A stretch of DNA of 64,000 bases from Candidatus Eiseniibacteriota bacterium. GTDB taxonomy: Bacteria > Eisenbacteria > RBG-16-71-46 > JABDJR01. The notes under the pieces were generated by a model. The model did not search any database. It was not told the origin of the DNA and worked only from the letters and a program-made list of their open reading frames with translations. The stretch covers positions 1,376,001 to 1,440,000 of the forward strand of contig CAVXKA010000001.1 of the NCBI GenBank assembly GCA_963762255.1, written 5' to 3'. Of this stretch, positions 53,914 to 64,000 are shown in pieces; positions within the stretch are counted from its first letter, which is position 1, and each line of letters opens with the position of its first letter. Position numbers and translations under genes: made by a program.

Positions 53914-55069
53914 GTTGACCCCCGCGCGCACCGCAGGGTTGCTGCTTCTGTGCGGAGCGATGACCGCGCTTCCGGGTCTCGCGCAGGAGACGGGCTCCAC
54001 ATCCGCATCGACGGACACCTCCCGAGGCGAGCACCGGCTACGCAAGATCACGCTCAATCTGGCCGACAAGGACACGAGCCTGGCTACGGTGACCATCGAT
54101 CTCGACAACGAGATGACGACCAAGTCGGCCGACCACGTCCGGTTCGGAGAGAGCATCCACGTTCGTGCGGATGAGCGCATCGACGGCGACGTGGTCTCGA
54201 TCGGCGGCAAGGTTGTTGTCGAGGGCGAGGTGACCGGCGACGCGGTGGCCGTCGGCGGTCGGGTCGAAATCGCGGACGGGGCGAAGGTGCAGGGGGACGT
54301 TGTCTCGGTCGGTGGCAGCGTTTCGATCGGGGACTCCGCCCAGGTCTTCGGCGATGCGGTGAGCGTATGGGGGGGATTGGACATTGCCTCGACCGCGAAG
54401 GTCTCCGGCGAGCAGGTCCAGGTGGGGGGACTTGGGTTCGCGCCCAAGATGGGACTTCCCTTCGGCATCGCGAAGCACGACTCGGGGCATGATGTCTGGA
54501 GCTTCGTGGGGCGCGCCGTCTGGGCACTGGTGCTCACGGGTCTTGGTGTCCTCGCCTACACCCTCTTCCCGGCACGGATGCGGCGCCTCTCAGGCACCTG
54601 CGAGTCGCGAGGGTTTGTTGCATTCCTCGCCGGCTTCGCCGGGCTCATCCTCTGGTTGCCGGCCTTCATCCTCCTCTGCGTGACCATCATCGGGATCCCG
54701 GTGGCGCTCCTTCTCATCTTCTTGACACCGGTTGCCATGCTCCTTGGATACCTCGCGGTGGCGGAGGCTGCCGGGCGGCGCCTGCTGCGCGGACGCAGCG
54801 CCTCCGCACCCAGCATAGCGATGACGATCGGCGCGGGCGTCCTGGCTCTGGAGGGGATCCTGCTCGTCTCGCGGCTCCTGGGGGTCTTCGGATCCTCGTT
54901 CGGTGTGCTCGGTTCGATTCTCGGCCTGATCGGTTGGTCCGTGATCGCCATAGCGGCGACCATAGGCTTCGGCGCATTCCTCATGACGCGATTCCGCGCC
55001 GAGCGCGAGCCGATCGTGCCCGCCGCTACGACCGTCCCCCCGAGCCCGACGCCTCCACCGGCGTTCTAG
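53894..55069 (+). CDS. Membrane protein with bactofilin-like beta-helix repeats
   Basis: Repeats GDVVSIGG / GDAVAVGG / GDVVSVGG; C-terminal multi-TM domain (TIIGIPVALL). Confidence 0.75.
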   Translation: MSLSLSRLTPARTAGLLLLCGAMTALPGLAQETGSTSASTDTSRGEHRLRKITLNLADKDTSLATVTIDLDNEMTTKSADHVRFGESIHVRADERIDGDVVSIGGKVVVEGEVTGDAVAVGGRVEIADGAKVQGDVVSVGGSVSIGDSAQVFGDAVSVWGGLDIASTAKVSGEQVQVGGLGFAPKMGLPFGIAKHDSGHDVWSFVGRAVWALVLTGLGVLAYTLFPARMRRLSGTCESRGFVAFLAGFAGLILWLPAFILLCVTIIGIPVALLLIFLTPVAMLLGYLAVAEAAGRRLLRGRSASAPSIAMTIGAGVLALEGILLVSRLLGVFGSSFGVLGSILGLIGWSVIAIAATIGFGAFLMTRFRAEREPIVPAATTVPPSPTPPPAF

Positions 55070-55078
55070 GCGTCGCAC

Positions 55079-55921
55079 ATGCTATCGCGCCGGGTTTCGC
55101 TTGCCCGAGTGGCGGCACTTGCCGTCCTCGCGGCGGGCGCTGGCGGGCCGGCCACGCTCGGCGCTGCGGTGATCGATGTCCCGCACCAGGAGCGGACGAT
55201 CGCCTCGGCGATGCTCCGCGCCTCGCCGGGCGACACGATCACTGTCGAACCCGGTCGCTACTTCGGTCCCATCACGCTCAAGTCCAACGTGCGTCTCGTC
55301 GGCGTGCGCGGTCCCGCCCAGACCACGCTGATCCTGGATGCGCCGGAGCCTGTGTTGCGGTCCTTCGGCGGGGGCCCCGCCACCGCCCTCGTCGGTTTCA
55401 CCCTCCGCGGATCGGGGACGGGGGTCGAGATCGGAATGGGTGCGGTTCAGATCTGGGACTGCCGATTCGAAGGCGAGCTTGCGGTGGGGCTGCTCTGCTC
55501 CACGGGAAGCAGCGCCCGCGTCTTCGCCTGCGAGTTCGAGGATCTGCCGGCCGGCGTCGAAGTCCGGCCCGGCGCCGATCTGCTCATGATGCGCAACGTC
55601 CTGACCGGGAACACGGTGGGATTGCGGATAGGCGCAGAACACGTGCGCGTGTATCGCAATGAGTTCGTGAGGAACGACGTCGCCATCGATGTGATGGAAG
55701 CGGGAGCCGCGGAGGTGGGAGGGGCGCTCCGCGAGGCGAACCTGTTCCTCGGGAGCCGAAGCCTCTCCCTGCGCAATCGAGGGCAGAAACCGCTCGTAGC
55801 CACCCTCAACTATTGGGGTACGATAGACTGTGACAGCGTGGCGGCGAGGGTGGAGGGGCCGGTGGTCTATCTCCCCATGGCGGTGGAGAGCCGCGCGGAC
55901 AGTCTGGGCGCCTGCCCCTAG
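55079..55921 (+). CDS. Secreted right-handed beta-helix (pectin-lyase-like/NosD) protein
   Basis: TIASAM..ASPGDTITVEPGRY, parallel beta-helix repeats, ATLNYWG. Confidence 0.7.
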   Translation: MLSRRVSLARVAALAVLAAGAGGPATLGAAVIDVPHQERTIASAMLRASPGDTITVEPGRYFGPITLKSNVRLVGVRGPAQTTLILDAPEPVLRSFGGGPATALVGFTLRGSGTGVEIGMGAVQIWDCRFEGELAVGLLCSTGSSARVFACEFEDLPAGVEVRPGADLLMMRNVLTGNTVGLRIGAEHVRVYRNEFVRNDVAIDVMEAGAAEVGGALREANLFLGSRSLSLRNRGQKPLVATLNYWGTIDCDSVAARVEGPVVYLPMAVESRADSLGACP

Positions 55922-56120
55922 ATCTGCGAACCCTCACCCAGGGAATTGGGTCAAATCTCTCTTCAGGCTGCTGTCAACCACGCCAGCCGGCGCGCGTGCG
56001 AGCGACCCACCGAGCGACTATCTTCATTCCGAGCAATGGACTACGGGCATTTCCCGCGCTCCCTGCTCGGGCGTCCGAGGGTGCATTCTGCATGGCACAC
56101 GACTTGCGGATAGGGAGGGC

Positions 56121-57164
56121 ATGACGGTGCAGCGCGTCCCCTCTATCAGCCTCTCGTTCACCAGCGCCTCGCGCGGGCGAGGCCCGCGTCGAGCGATCCT
56201 CGCTGCCGTCGCGGGTCTGGTCCTTGCGGCCCCTGCTGCCGCCGCGGTGACCGTTCATACCCCCGATGAGGTTCTCGCGCGGTGGACGGTGCGCTCCGGG
56301 GACGCGCTCTATTTTCGCGGCCCCCACGACGAGAGCTGGGCCTTCATCACCGACATCAATGATCCGGCGATTCTCAATCGGGGGCAGGGAGCGTTCTTCC
56401 CGGTCGATCCGACCCTGGTGCAGGAAGCGCTCGACGCCGTGACCTTCCCGATCTCCAACTTGACGGTGGACGTCTACATTCTTCCTTATCCCCGCCGGGA
56501 CCTCATCCCTTCGAGCGCGAACGGGAACTCCGTGTTCCTCTCGCCGGGAGTGGCCCCGGTTTCTGTCAACCATGTGCACGCGCTGGTCGGGCACGAACTG
56601 GGTCACGTGGTTCACAACGAGCTCCTGCCCGACGACGAGGGGCCGGAGTGGGCGAAGTACCGGCAGATCAGAGGCATCGAGGACACGTCGATCTACAACG
56701 ACGGCGCCATGCACCGGAACCGCCCACACGAGATCTTCGCCGAGGACTTCCGGTATCTGTTCGGGGGCGCCGAGGCCAACTACTCCAACAGCATCGAGAA
56801 CCCGAACCTGCCGTTGCCGTCTCATGTACCCGGGCTCCGGGATTTCATGTTCGCGTTGAGCGGCGCGTCGACCGTGGGCCAGGAGCCCTTCGAGTCGCCG
56901 TCCCTCGCCCTCTATCCCAATCCCGCCCGCGCGCGGGTCTCGATCGCGCTCGACTCGGCGGTCCCGGTCGACGGGCGACCGGTGACGGTCAGCATCTTCG
57001 ACGTGACCGGACGACTGGTGGCCCACCGGGATCATCCTTCCGATCTCCGGATGGAATGGGACGGGCGCCTCGATGAAGGCGGCCTCGCCGGCGCCGGAGT
57101 CTACTTCGTACGGGTCCGGCGCGGCACCGAGTCCTACACCGGCCGCATCCTCATCGCTCGCTGA
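56121..57164 (+). CDS. Secreted zinc-metalloprotease-like protein with FlgD/T9SS-like C-terminal domain
   Basis: HELGH...EIFAEDF; C-terminal YPNPAR...IFDVTGRLV...WDGR...GVYFVR. Confidence 0.75.
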   Translation: MTVQRVPSISLSFTSASRGRGPRRAILAAVAGLVLAAPAAAAVTVHTPDEVLARWTVRSGDALYFRGPHDESWAFITDINDPAILNRGQGAFFPVDPTLVQEALDAVTFPISNLTVDVYILPYPRRDLIPSSANGNSVFLSPGVAPVSVNHVHALVGHELGHVVHNELLPDDEGPEWAKYRQIRGIEDTSIYNDGAMHRNRPHEIFAEDFRYLFGGAEANYSNSIENPNLPLPSHVPGLRDFMFALSGASTVGQEPFESPSLALYPNPARARVSIALDSAVPVDGRPVTVSIFDVTGRLVAHRDHPSDLRMEWDGRLDEGGLAGAGVYFVRVRRGTESYTGRILIAR

Positions 57165-57209
57165 CCGGGTTCTCGAAAGGTCGCCGGCCCTCGCGGCGAT
57201 CCAACTCCG

Positions 57210-57856
57210 TCACGGCGTGGGATTCGGAATGAAGCGCTCGCTTCGCCCCTCCGCGCTCCGATCCCCCAGTCCGCTCAGATCGACCGCCATGTTCGCCACC
57301 GCCTTGGGAACGCCCAAGAGCCGCCGCCGCCGCGCCCCTTGGTGACGTCTCCGGACACCCACGCGTCGATCTTCTCCAGGTCATCGATGTCGAGGGGCTT
57401 GAGCGTGGCTTTGACGGAGAGGTAGTAGCCCTTGCCCGCGTCGAACCGGGAGGCGGGACCGAGTGGCACTTCGTAGGCCCGCTCGAGATAGACCCGCAAC
57501 TCCTCCCGATCGGGGAGCAGGATGAGGGTGCCGTCGGGCTTCACGACCTCGTAGGTGCCCCACCAGACATCCCGCCGAAAGCGGTACGTGTAGACCTCGG
57601 TGTGCACCAGCGCGTCCCACCACCCGGAGCGATCGCGCCAGAGATCGACGACCAGGACGAGGGTGGCGGGAATCCCCTCGCCGACCGTGCTGTCGGCCTC
57701 GTCCACCACGCCCGTCACGAGAAACGCAGCCACCAGCGAGGCGGTCCCGGGGACCGGCAGATCCACACGCACACCGAGTCCCGCCCGCGCCGGCGCCGTC
57801 CAGACGATGGACAGTCCCAACGCCATCATGCACGCAGCACGCGATCCCGGCCCCAT
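57210..57856 (-). CDS. DUF4390-like periplasmic protein, probable frameshift near 57322
   Basis: EGIPATL...LWRDRSGWWD...Y..RRDVWWGTYEV; a plausible C-terminus (LLGVPKAVANMAVDLSG...) lies in another frame; linked to ntrYX-like genes. Confidence 0.6.
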
Positions 57857-57870
57857 CGATCCTCCCGACG

Positions 57871-59238
57871 TTAGAACGAATTGCGGAACCGCACCGACAC
57901 CTTCACTTCGGCGTCGGCGCGATTCACGTTGCGGGCGGCGAGCACGGTGATGCCCTCCTCCCCGGCGGAGAGTCCTACACCCACGTCGACGGGAACCCGC
58001 TGGTCCTTCAGCGATCCACGGTCCCAGGCCGTTCCCGCGTCCGCGAACACCAGAGCCCGGATCTCGTCGCGGATCGAGAAGGCATACTCGAGATTTGCCA
58101 GCGCTACTCGATTTCCTCGCAACTCGCGGTAGTTGTGGCCGCGGAGCGTGCCGAGGCCGCCGATGGCGTACTGCAGTTGCACGGGAAGCGCGTCACCGGT
58201 CGCCTCGGCGGGCGGTGGAAGGGACCGCGAAGCCCCCGAGCCGGCCAGGAGGCGCGTGGAGACGGTTTGTCTCGGCGAGAGCCGAAAGTAGGTGCGCAGG
58301 TCCGCGGTGACTTTCCAGAGATCGAAGTCGCCGCCGAGCCCGGCATCCCCGCGCTCGTAGACGATGCGGTGCCGGTACTCCACGCCCCTCCAACTCGAGC
58401 GAGGAAAGAAATCGTCGCCCGGGCCGTCCCCGCGGGGGCGCGTGTCATACGCGGCGCTCACGTCGATGCCGCGGTAATCCCCCTCGGGGATCGCCGGGTT
58501 GGGGCGGAACTCCGCGTCCTGGCGATAAACCGACCAATCGGTCTCCTCCCGGAGCGACCGTTCTTCCTGCAAGGTCATCCCGACCGAGATTCTCAGATCC
58601 TCGTCGGCAACGGCGGCAAGAAACACGCGCCCTCCCTCGGTCTCGTACCAGTCTCGATAGTCGCGATGGAGGAAGAAGGTGCTCGCCGAGTTCTCGCCGT
58701 CGCCGATGGCCTCGTCACCGTAGAAGAAGGGGAGCACGCTGCGGTAGGCGTCGAGGCCGATTGACGCGGTGCCGTCACCGATCAGCGGCTGCTCCATGCC
58801 GAGTCCGTACCACCCGCGCCGCGCGGCGAAGCCGTATCCGAAGCCGGCATGATAGCCGGGGAGCCATCCCTTCGGATCCATGCCCCGCCTCACCTCTCCG
58901 TAGACGGCGAGTCCCTGAACACGGTTGTATCGCAGTGACGGACGGAAGACGGTGGGGTGCTTCTCACCCCACTCGAACTCGGGATCGAAGGAGATGCGTC
59001 GTCTGCGCGGAGATGTTTCCTCGGGCGCCGACGTGCTGTCGGAGAGAAACTCCAGGCGCACGGGCGGCGCCCCGGATGGTAGGGAGTCAGGCGGAGCCGT
59101 CTGCGCGCTCGTCGGATCGATCCGGCCCACGCCAGCGATAACCAGCGCGGCAAGGAGCATCTTCGCGGTGCGGGAACTCGGAAGCCGATGCCGGGCCCGC
59201 GGCAAGCGAGAGAGCGGGCGCCACGTGATCGGTGTCAT
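57871..59238 (-). CDS. Outer-membrane beta-barrel protein (BamA/TamA surface-antigen family)
   Basis: RYNRVQG, IGGLGTLRG, LVFADAG.AW, C-terminal RFRNSF. Confidence 0.75.
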   Translation of the reverse strand: MTPITWRPLSRLPRARHRLPSSRTAKMLLAALVIAGVGRIDPTSAQTAPPDSLPSGAPPVRLEFLSDSTSAPEETSPRRRRISFDPEFEWGEKHPTVFRPSLRYNRVQGLAVYGEVRRGMDPKGWLPGYHAGFGYGFAARRGWYGLGMEQPLIGDGTASIGLDAYRSVLPFFYGDEAIGDGENSASTFFLHRDYRDWYETEGGRVFLAAVADEDLRISVGMTLQEERSLREETDWSVYRQDAEFRPNPAIPEGDYRGIDVSAAYDTRPRGDGPGDDFFPRSSWRGVEYRHRIVYERGDAGLGGDFDLWKVTADLRTYFRLSPRQTVSTRLLAGSGASRSLPPPAEATGDALPVQLQYAIGGLGTLRGHNYRELRGNRVALANLEYAFSIRDEIRALVFADAGTAWDRGSLKDQRVPVDVGVGLSAGEEGITVLAARNVNRADAEVKVSVRFRNSF

Positions 59239-59436
59239 GGTCAATCCCCCCGGGAGCGAGCCCACCCCGCTCCGTCTTCCGGCCCCGCAGAGCAAGCACC
59301 GTTCCATCGCATCGTTCGGCACCGGGTCACGCAATCCCTTGTCGGACAACAGGCGCCCGAGCCGCGCAGCATTCTCTTTGCGACCGGCGCGCTCGGAAGA
59401 TGAGGCCGCAGCGCCACGCCCTGTGGCCCTGCGGTC

Positions 59437-60846
59437 TCACCCGCGCCGCTCGATGCCGAGGCGGCGCATCTTGCGGTGGAGGTTGGCGCGGTCGATCCCG
59501 AGCGTGCGCGCGGCCTGGCTCACGTTCCACCCCGCCTTGGCCAGTTCGGCCTCGAGGATCTGCCGCTCGGCGCCGTCGAGGAGGTGCTTCAGGAGATCCC
59601 CACCGCTCTCGCCCTCCGCTCCTTCGGCGTGCGCGCCGCCCAGCCCGGCGAGCCCGGGATCCTCGCCGCAGAGCGTGAGCACCTCCGCGGGGCCGATCGC
59701 ATCATCCACCGCCATGATCACCAGCCGCTCGACCACGTTGCGCAGCTCGCGCACGTTTCCCGGCCAGGACGCTCGGCTCAAGAGGCGCGTCGCGTCCGCG
59801 GTGAGCCTCACCTTCGGCCGCCCGTACTCGCGACGGAAGTAGGTGAGATAGTGCTCGGCAAGGAGCGAAATGTCCTCGGTGCGCTCGCGCAACGGAGGGA
59901 CCGTGATCGGGAGCACGTTCAGCCGGTAGAAGAGATCGCGGCGGAACCGGCCCTCGGCGACCTCTTGATGGAGATCCTTGTTCGTGGCGGCGATGATGCG
60001 GGCGTCGAACGTGAGGGTTCGGGTTCCACCCACGCGCTCGAACTCGCTCGATTCGAGCGCGCGCAGCAGCTTGGCCTGAGCCTCGTGGCTCATGTCGCCG
60101 ATCTCGTCGAGGAAGAGCGTTCCGCCGTGCGCGAGTTCGAGCTTGCCGCGCTTGAGCGCGGAGGCTCCGGTGAACGCGCCTTTCTCGTGGCCGAAGAGTT
60201 CGCTCTCCACGAGATCCTTGGGAATCGCCGCGCAGTTGAGCCGCACGAAGGTGCCGTCTCGCCGCGCGCTCAGGTCGTGGATGGCGCGGGCCACCAACTC
60301 CTTCCCCACGCCGTTCTCGCCGAGGATGAGCACCTTGGCCGGCGTGGGCGCCGCGCGCTGAACCGCCTCGCGGAGCTGGTGCATGATCGCACTGTCTCCC
60401 ACGATCTGATGGAGCGCCCCGCGCTCCTCGCGCAAGGCCAGATTCTGGCGGCGCAAGGCGGCCATGCGGAACGCCCGGTCGAGCGTGATGCCGAGCCGCT
60501 CCGGTGTGAAGCCCTTCTCGAGGAAGTCGAATGCGCCGAGGCGCACCGCCTCTACCGCCAGCTCGATGGTGCCGTGCCCACTCATCATCACGAACGGGAT
60601 CTCCTCGACGAGGTCGGCTCGCCGTTGGAGAAAGGCCACTCCGTCTTCCCCGGGCATCCGCACGTCGAGCAGCACCAGGTCCACCGGGTTCCCGTCGCGG
60701 GTCAACGATTTCTCGATGGCGGCGGTGTCCGCTGCCTCGATCACGCGATACCCCTCATCGGTCAGGAACTCCACCAGCGACTTGCGGACGCGCGGCTCGT
60801 CGTCCACCACGAGCACGGTCTTGCGGAGTTCGTCGATCTCGTTCAT
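59437..60846 (-). CDS. Sigma54-dependent response regulator (NtrX/NtrC family)
   Basis: REC (LVVDDE, LLDVRMP), AAA+ (GENGVGKE, GAFTGA, FLDEIGD, WPGNVRELRN), Fis HTH. Confidence 0.92.
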   Translation of the reverse strand: MNEIDELRKTVLVVDDEPRVRKSLVEFLTDEGYRVIEAADTAAIEKSLTRDGNPVDLVLLDVRMPGEDGVAFLQRRADLVEEIPFVMMSGHGTIELAVEAVRLGAFDFLEKGFTPERLGITLDRAFRMAALRRQNLALREERGALHQIVGDSAIMHQLREAVQRAAPTPAKVLILGENGVGKELVARAIHDLSARRDGTFVRLNCAAIPKDLVESELFGHEKGAFTGASALKRGKLELAHGGTLFLDEIGDMSHEAQAKLLRALESSEFERVGGTRTLTFDARIIAATNKDLHQEVAEGRFRRDLFYRLNVLPITVPPLRERTEDISLLAEHYLTYFRREYGRPKVRLTADATRLLSRASWPGNVRELRNVVERLVIMAVDDAIGPAEVLTLCGEDPGLAGLGGAHAEGAEGESGGDLLKHLLDGAERQILEAELAKAGWNVSQAARTLGIDRANLHRKMRRLGIERRG

Positions 60847-62405
60847 GAAGCCTCCGAGCGCCGGCCGGCGCCTTCCGGGTTCGATCCGCCTCCCGCCGCG
60901 GGGAGCATGAGAACGACGCGAGCGCCGCCGCCGGGCCGATCCTGGAGTTCCATCGAGCCTCCGTGCTGGAGCATGGTGCGCTGCACCAGGCTCAGGCCCA
61001 GCCCGGTGCCCTGTTCCTTGGTCGTGAAGTAGGGCTCGAGCATGGTCTCTCGCGCGCCCGGAGGCCAGCCGGGGCCGTCGTCGTCGATCGTGATTCGCAC
61101 GCGGCCGGGCGCCTCGTCCAGCCCGATCCATACCTGCCCGCTCTCTCCGGCGGCCTCGGCTGCGTTCTTGAGGATGTTGCCGAGCGCCTGACGCAGGAGC
61201 GTGCGATCGGCGCGCGACCATGCCGGTTCTGCGGGAGGCGACCAGTGGATCCGAAGGGTTCCGGTGAGACCTTCCACCGCCCCGGCGACGACCTCGCGCA
61301 GGTCGACTCGGGTCGCTTCGACCATGGGCAGGCGCGCCAGCTCGCTGAAGGATGCGGCCAGGCGCTGGAGGCCCTCCACCTCATCGCCCAGCGTATCCAA
61401 CGCGCGTCGCGCACGCTCGCGTTCGGCCTCGGGCAGATCCGGCGTGAGTTTCCGCAACCGGTGGAGGGAGAACGTAACCGGGGTCAGTGCGTTCTTCATC
61501 TCGTGGGCCACGCGGCGCGCCACCTCCTGCCAGGCGCTCAGCCGCTCGGCGCTCGCGAGGTCGCGACGGGAGCGCGAGAGCTCCGCGCTCATGGCGTTGA
61601 AGGTCTGGATGAGCCGCTCCACCTCGCGGCTTCCCTCCGGCCCGACCCGCACCCCTTCCTCGCCGAGGGCCACCCGCTCCATGCCGTCGGCGAGGTTGGC
61701 CACCGGCCGGCTCACGCGCATCGCCAGCCGCCGGGCGGTCCAGGCGGAGCCGAGCCCGAGGAACGCGACGGTGAACGCAACCGTGAGCATCAGTGCGCTC
61801 CGATTGACGCGCTTCAGCACGGCGAGCTGCCGATAGTACGCGACCCCCTGAGACAGCCGGTCGAGCCGGGCGTAGAACTCGGGTTCGAGATAGATGCCGG
61901 CCACGAGGATGGCGTTGTTCTGGCCGGGCTCCCCCGCGAAGCCCGCGTAGACAAGCAGGCCTCGGGCGGCCTCCTCCAGGAACGGCTGATCCGAGGCGGC
62001 GAGACGGACGACCGACGAGAGCGTTCCGACGGGATCGATCAGCGGGTCGCGCGTGACCTCGAGCTGGAGGACTCCCTCGGCGTCATAGAGCTGCATGAAG
62101 TCGATGTTGTAGGCGCTGGCGAGGCGGGCGCGCAGCGCCGCCGGATCGGCGGGCGGCCCGAGAGCGGGATCCGCGACCAGCAACTGGCCGCGCTGGCGCA
62201 GATCGTTGCGCGTGCGGGTGAGGAGATCGCGCGCGACTTCAATGCTCCCTTCGAGCGCGCTCTGCACTCCCGGGTTCTCCCAGCGCTCGAGAGAAGCCAG
62301 GAGCCGATGGGTGGCGAGTGCGGTGAGCGTGAGAGAAGGGAGCAGGGTCAGCACAAGGAAGAGGAGCATGAGCTGCCCCCCCAGCGTACGCGGCGCCATG
62401 GCCAT
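60843..62405 (-). CDS. Sensor histidine kinase (NtrY-like)
   Basis: TM-periplasmic-TM-HAMP; AWQEVARRVAHEMKNALTP; DDDGPG, YFTTK, GTGLGL. Confidence 0.9.
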   Translation of the reverse strand: MAMAPRTLGGQLMLLFLVLTLLPSLTLTALATHRLLASLERWENPGVQSALEGSIEVARDLLTRTRNDLRQRGQLLVADPALGPPADPAALRARLASAYNIDFMQLYDAEGVLQLEVTRDPLIDPVGTLSSVVRLAASDQPFLEEAARGLLVYAGFAGEPGQNNAILVAGIYLEPEFYARLDRLSQGVAYYRQLAVLKRVNRSALMLTVAFTVAFLGLGSAWTARRLAMRVSRPVANLADGMERVALGEEGVRVGPEGSREVERLIQTFNAMSAELSRSRRDLASAERLSAWQEVARRVAHEMKNALTPVTFSLHRLRKLTPDLPEAERERARRALDTLGDEVEGLQRLAASFSELARLPMVEATRVDLREVVAGAVEGLTGTLRIHWSPPAEPAWSRADRTLLRQALGNILKNAAEAAGESGQVWIGLDEAPGRVRITIDDDGPGWPPGARETMLEPYFTTKEQGTGLGLSLVQRTMLQHGGSMELQDRPGGGARVVLMLPAAGGGSNPEGAGRRSEAS

Positions 62406-62423
62406 GATCGGTCGCTCGCTCCC

Positions 62424-63485
62424 TTAGGGCGCGGCAGCCTCCTTCCCCTGAACCTGATCGTACCCGAGCTGACCGCAGGCGGCCAGGATGTCGAGCCCCT
62501 TCGAGTAGCGCACGGTGACGGTGGTCCGGTAGGGCCAGAGCCGCCGCGCGAAGGTATCCACCTCGGCCTCGGTGGGGCGCTCGAAGGGGAAGAGCGGCGA
62601 CGGGTTGAACGGAATCACGTTGAGCTTGGAAGGGAATCGCTCGGCGATTCTGCCCAGCCGCTCGGCGTCTTCCTGCGTGTCGTTGAGACCCCGGATGAGC
62701 ACGTACTCCAGCGTCACGCGCCGCCGCGAGGCCTTGGTGTACGTCTCCATGGCGGAAATGAGCGCCTCGATGGGGTACTTGCGGGTGACCGGCATGAGCG
62801 TTTCCCGCACTTCATTCGTGGTCGCGTTGAGCGACAGGGCGAGCCCCACCGAGGGATGGATCTCGGCGAGCCGCAAGATGCCGGGGACCACCCCCACCGT
62901 CGAGATCGTGATCCGCTTGCCTGAGATCTTGAGGCCCAACGGATCCTGGATGATCTCGATCGCCTTGAACACCGCGTCGAGGTTGTCCATCGGCTCGCCC
63001 ATCCCCATCGCCACCAGGTTCACCGCCTGGTGGGGGTCGAGACGGAGCTGCTTGAGATGAAACACCTGGGCCACGATCTCTCCGGGCGTGAGATTGCGGA
63101 GCTTGCCCATCCTGCCGGTGATGCAGAAGGCGCAGCGGAACGCGCAACCCACCTGGGTGGAGAAGCAGATCGTCTCTCCGTAATCGGCCTGCATGAGCAC
63201 GCTTTCGATCTTCATGCCGTCGCGCAGGCGCCAGAGGAACTTCGTGGCGGCGCCGTCACCGCTCACGAGCTGGCTGGCCGGCTCCAATCCCTGGAGATTC
63301 ACCAGGCTCGCCAACTCGCGGCGGAGGGGTTTCGGGAGATCGGTCATGGCCTCGAAGTCGAGGAGCCCCCGCTGGTACACGTTGGCGAAGATCTGCCGAG
63401 CCCGAAAGCGCGGCTGGCCGTGGTCCTCGAACCACTGCTCAAGCTCGGGGCGAGTCTGGTTGTAGAAGTCGAGGCGGTCGGTCAT
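62424..63485 (-). CDS. rlmN: 23S rRNA/tRNA m2A methyltransferase RlmN
   Basis: STQVGCAFRCAFC radical-SAM motif, MGMGEP, ILAACGQL. Confidence 0.96.
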   Translation of the reverse strand: MTDRLDFYNQTRPELEQWFEDHGQPRFRARQIFANVYQRGLLDFEAMTDLPKPLRRELASLVNLQGLEPASQLVSGDGAATKFLWRLRDGMKIESVLMQADYGETICFSTQVGCAFRCAFCITGRMGKLRNLTPGEIVAQVFHLKQLRLDPHQAVNLVAMGMGEPMDNLDAVFKAIEIIQDPLGLKISGKRITISTVGVVPGILRLAEIHPSVGLALSLNATTNEVRETLMPVTRKYPIEALISAMETYTKASRRRVTLEYVLIRGLNDTQEDAERLGRIAERFPSKLNVIPFNPSPLFPFERPTEAEVDTFARRLWPYRTTVTVRYSKGLDILAACGQLGYDQVQGKEAAAP

Positions 63486-63640
63486 AGGGGATTGTGGGCC
63501 GGTGCTCAGCAGTCGGCGCGGAGCGAGATGCCCGCAGCCCAGGACAGCCGACCGGGACGGAACAGCCTAGCAACTTTCCGAACGGGGGTCAAAACCGGGG
63601 GTTGCGGGCTGGGCTCGGGCGTGTTACATATACAGACAGT

Positions 63641-63662
63641 CATATGAACATGTATGCATATG
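63641..63662. promoter_or_regulatory. Imperfect palindrome, putative ArsR operator
   Basis: CATATGAACATGTATGCATATG in an AT-rich patch just before the ArsR RBS (GGAGG). Confidence 0.45.
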
Positions 63663-63671
63663 GAGGTACCC

Positions 63672-64000
63672 GTGGAACGCCAACGTGCGGTGGCACAGTT
63701 AAAAGCCCTGGGGGAACCCAATCGCCTGGACCTCTTTCTCCGACTCGCACAGGGCGAAATGGGTGGGGGTGACCTTCTGACGAGCACGGGTCTCAGCCAG
63801 CCAAGCCTCTCTCGCCATATCAGGGTACTGCGGGAGGCCGGGGTCGTCCTGGAACGATGGGTCGGGAGGAGCGCCTACTACCGTCTGTCCGACGAGCCGT
63901 TGGCCCTGAGCGTCGTGCGGATTCTCGGTGGGGTGGGCACCGCCCCGGAGGTGGAGAGGCCCTCAGTTGTCGGAAACATGTCCAAATATGAATCTGACAC
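63672..64000 (+). CDS. ArsR/SmtB family transcriptional regulator (3' end outside window)
   Basis: Manual translation: LKALGEPNRLDLF...GLSQPSLSRHIRVLREAGVV...GRSAYYRL. Confidence 0.85.
   Translation, partial: MERQRAVAQLKALGEPNRLDLFLRLAQGEMGGGDLLTSTGLSQPSLSRHIRVLREAGVVLERWVGRSAYYRLSDEPLALSVVRILGGVGTAPEVERPSVVGNMSKYESD

Overview
GC-rich bacterial chromosomal segment. An FCB-group/Eisenbacteria-like host is only an inference from FlgD-type and outer-membrane proteins. The left host flank (1-17.7 kb) holds a GH92 mannosidase, a xylFGH-like sugar ABC transporter, asnS, a Ser/Thr kinase-TPR protein, tonB-exbB-exbD, SRPBCC and Fic genes. The right flank (50.4-64 kb) holds tRNA-fMet, ftsB, eno, an ECF sigma/anti-sigma operon, NtrY/NtrX-like genes, rlmN and an ArsR regulator. 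Between them is a 32.6-kb element integrated at the 3' end of tRNA-fMet and bounded by a 12-bp direct repeat, TGGTAGCGGGGG (17754-17765 and 50339-50350). It encodes a large serine recombinase, a Zn-finger/TOPRIM primase-helicase, and an adenine methylase-ParB-TerS-TerL(GpA) packaging module, but no recognisable capsid, portal, tail, lysis or conjugation genes. It therefore looks like a capsid-less, complete-terminase phage satellite. Its cargo is defence-like: a PLD-SNF2 helicase with a type ISP/IIG-like methylase, a winged-helix-HNH, a second HNH, a PD-(D/E)XK nuclease, and a ~1340-aa NACHT/STAND protein with a putative C-terminal DNA-binding domain just upstream of the replication genes. Further structure seen directly in the sequence: a reconstructable attP with 10-bp inverted arms inside the integrase ORF (excision would swap the integrase C-terminus), CGTCAC iteron-like clusters near both element ends, interleaved inverted repeats after terL, and a minimal tyrosine recombinase whose upstream region and an internal fragment are duplicated next to successive lipoprotein cargo genes. 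Several host genes carry single frameshifts that are most likely sequencing errors.
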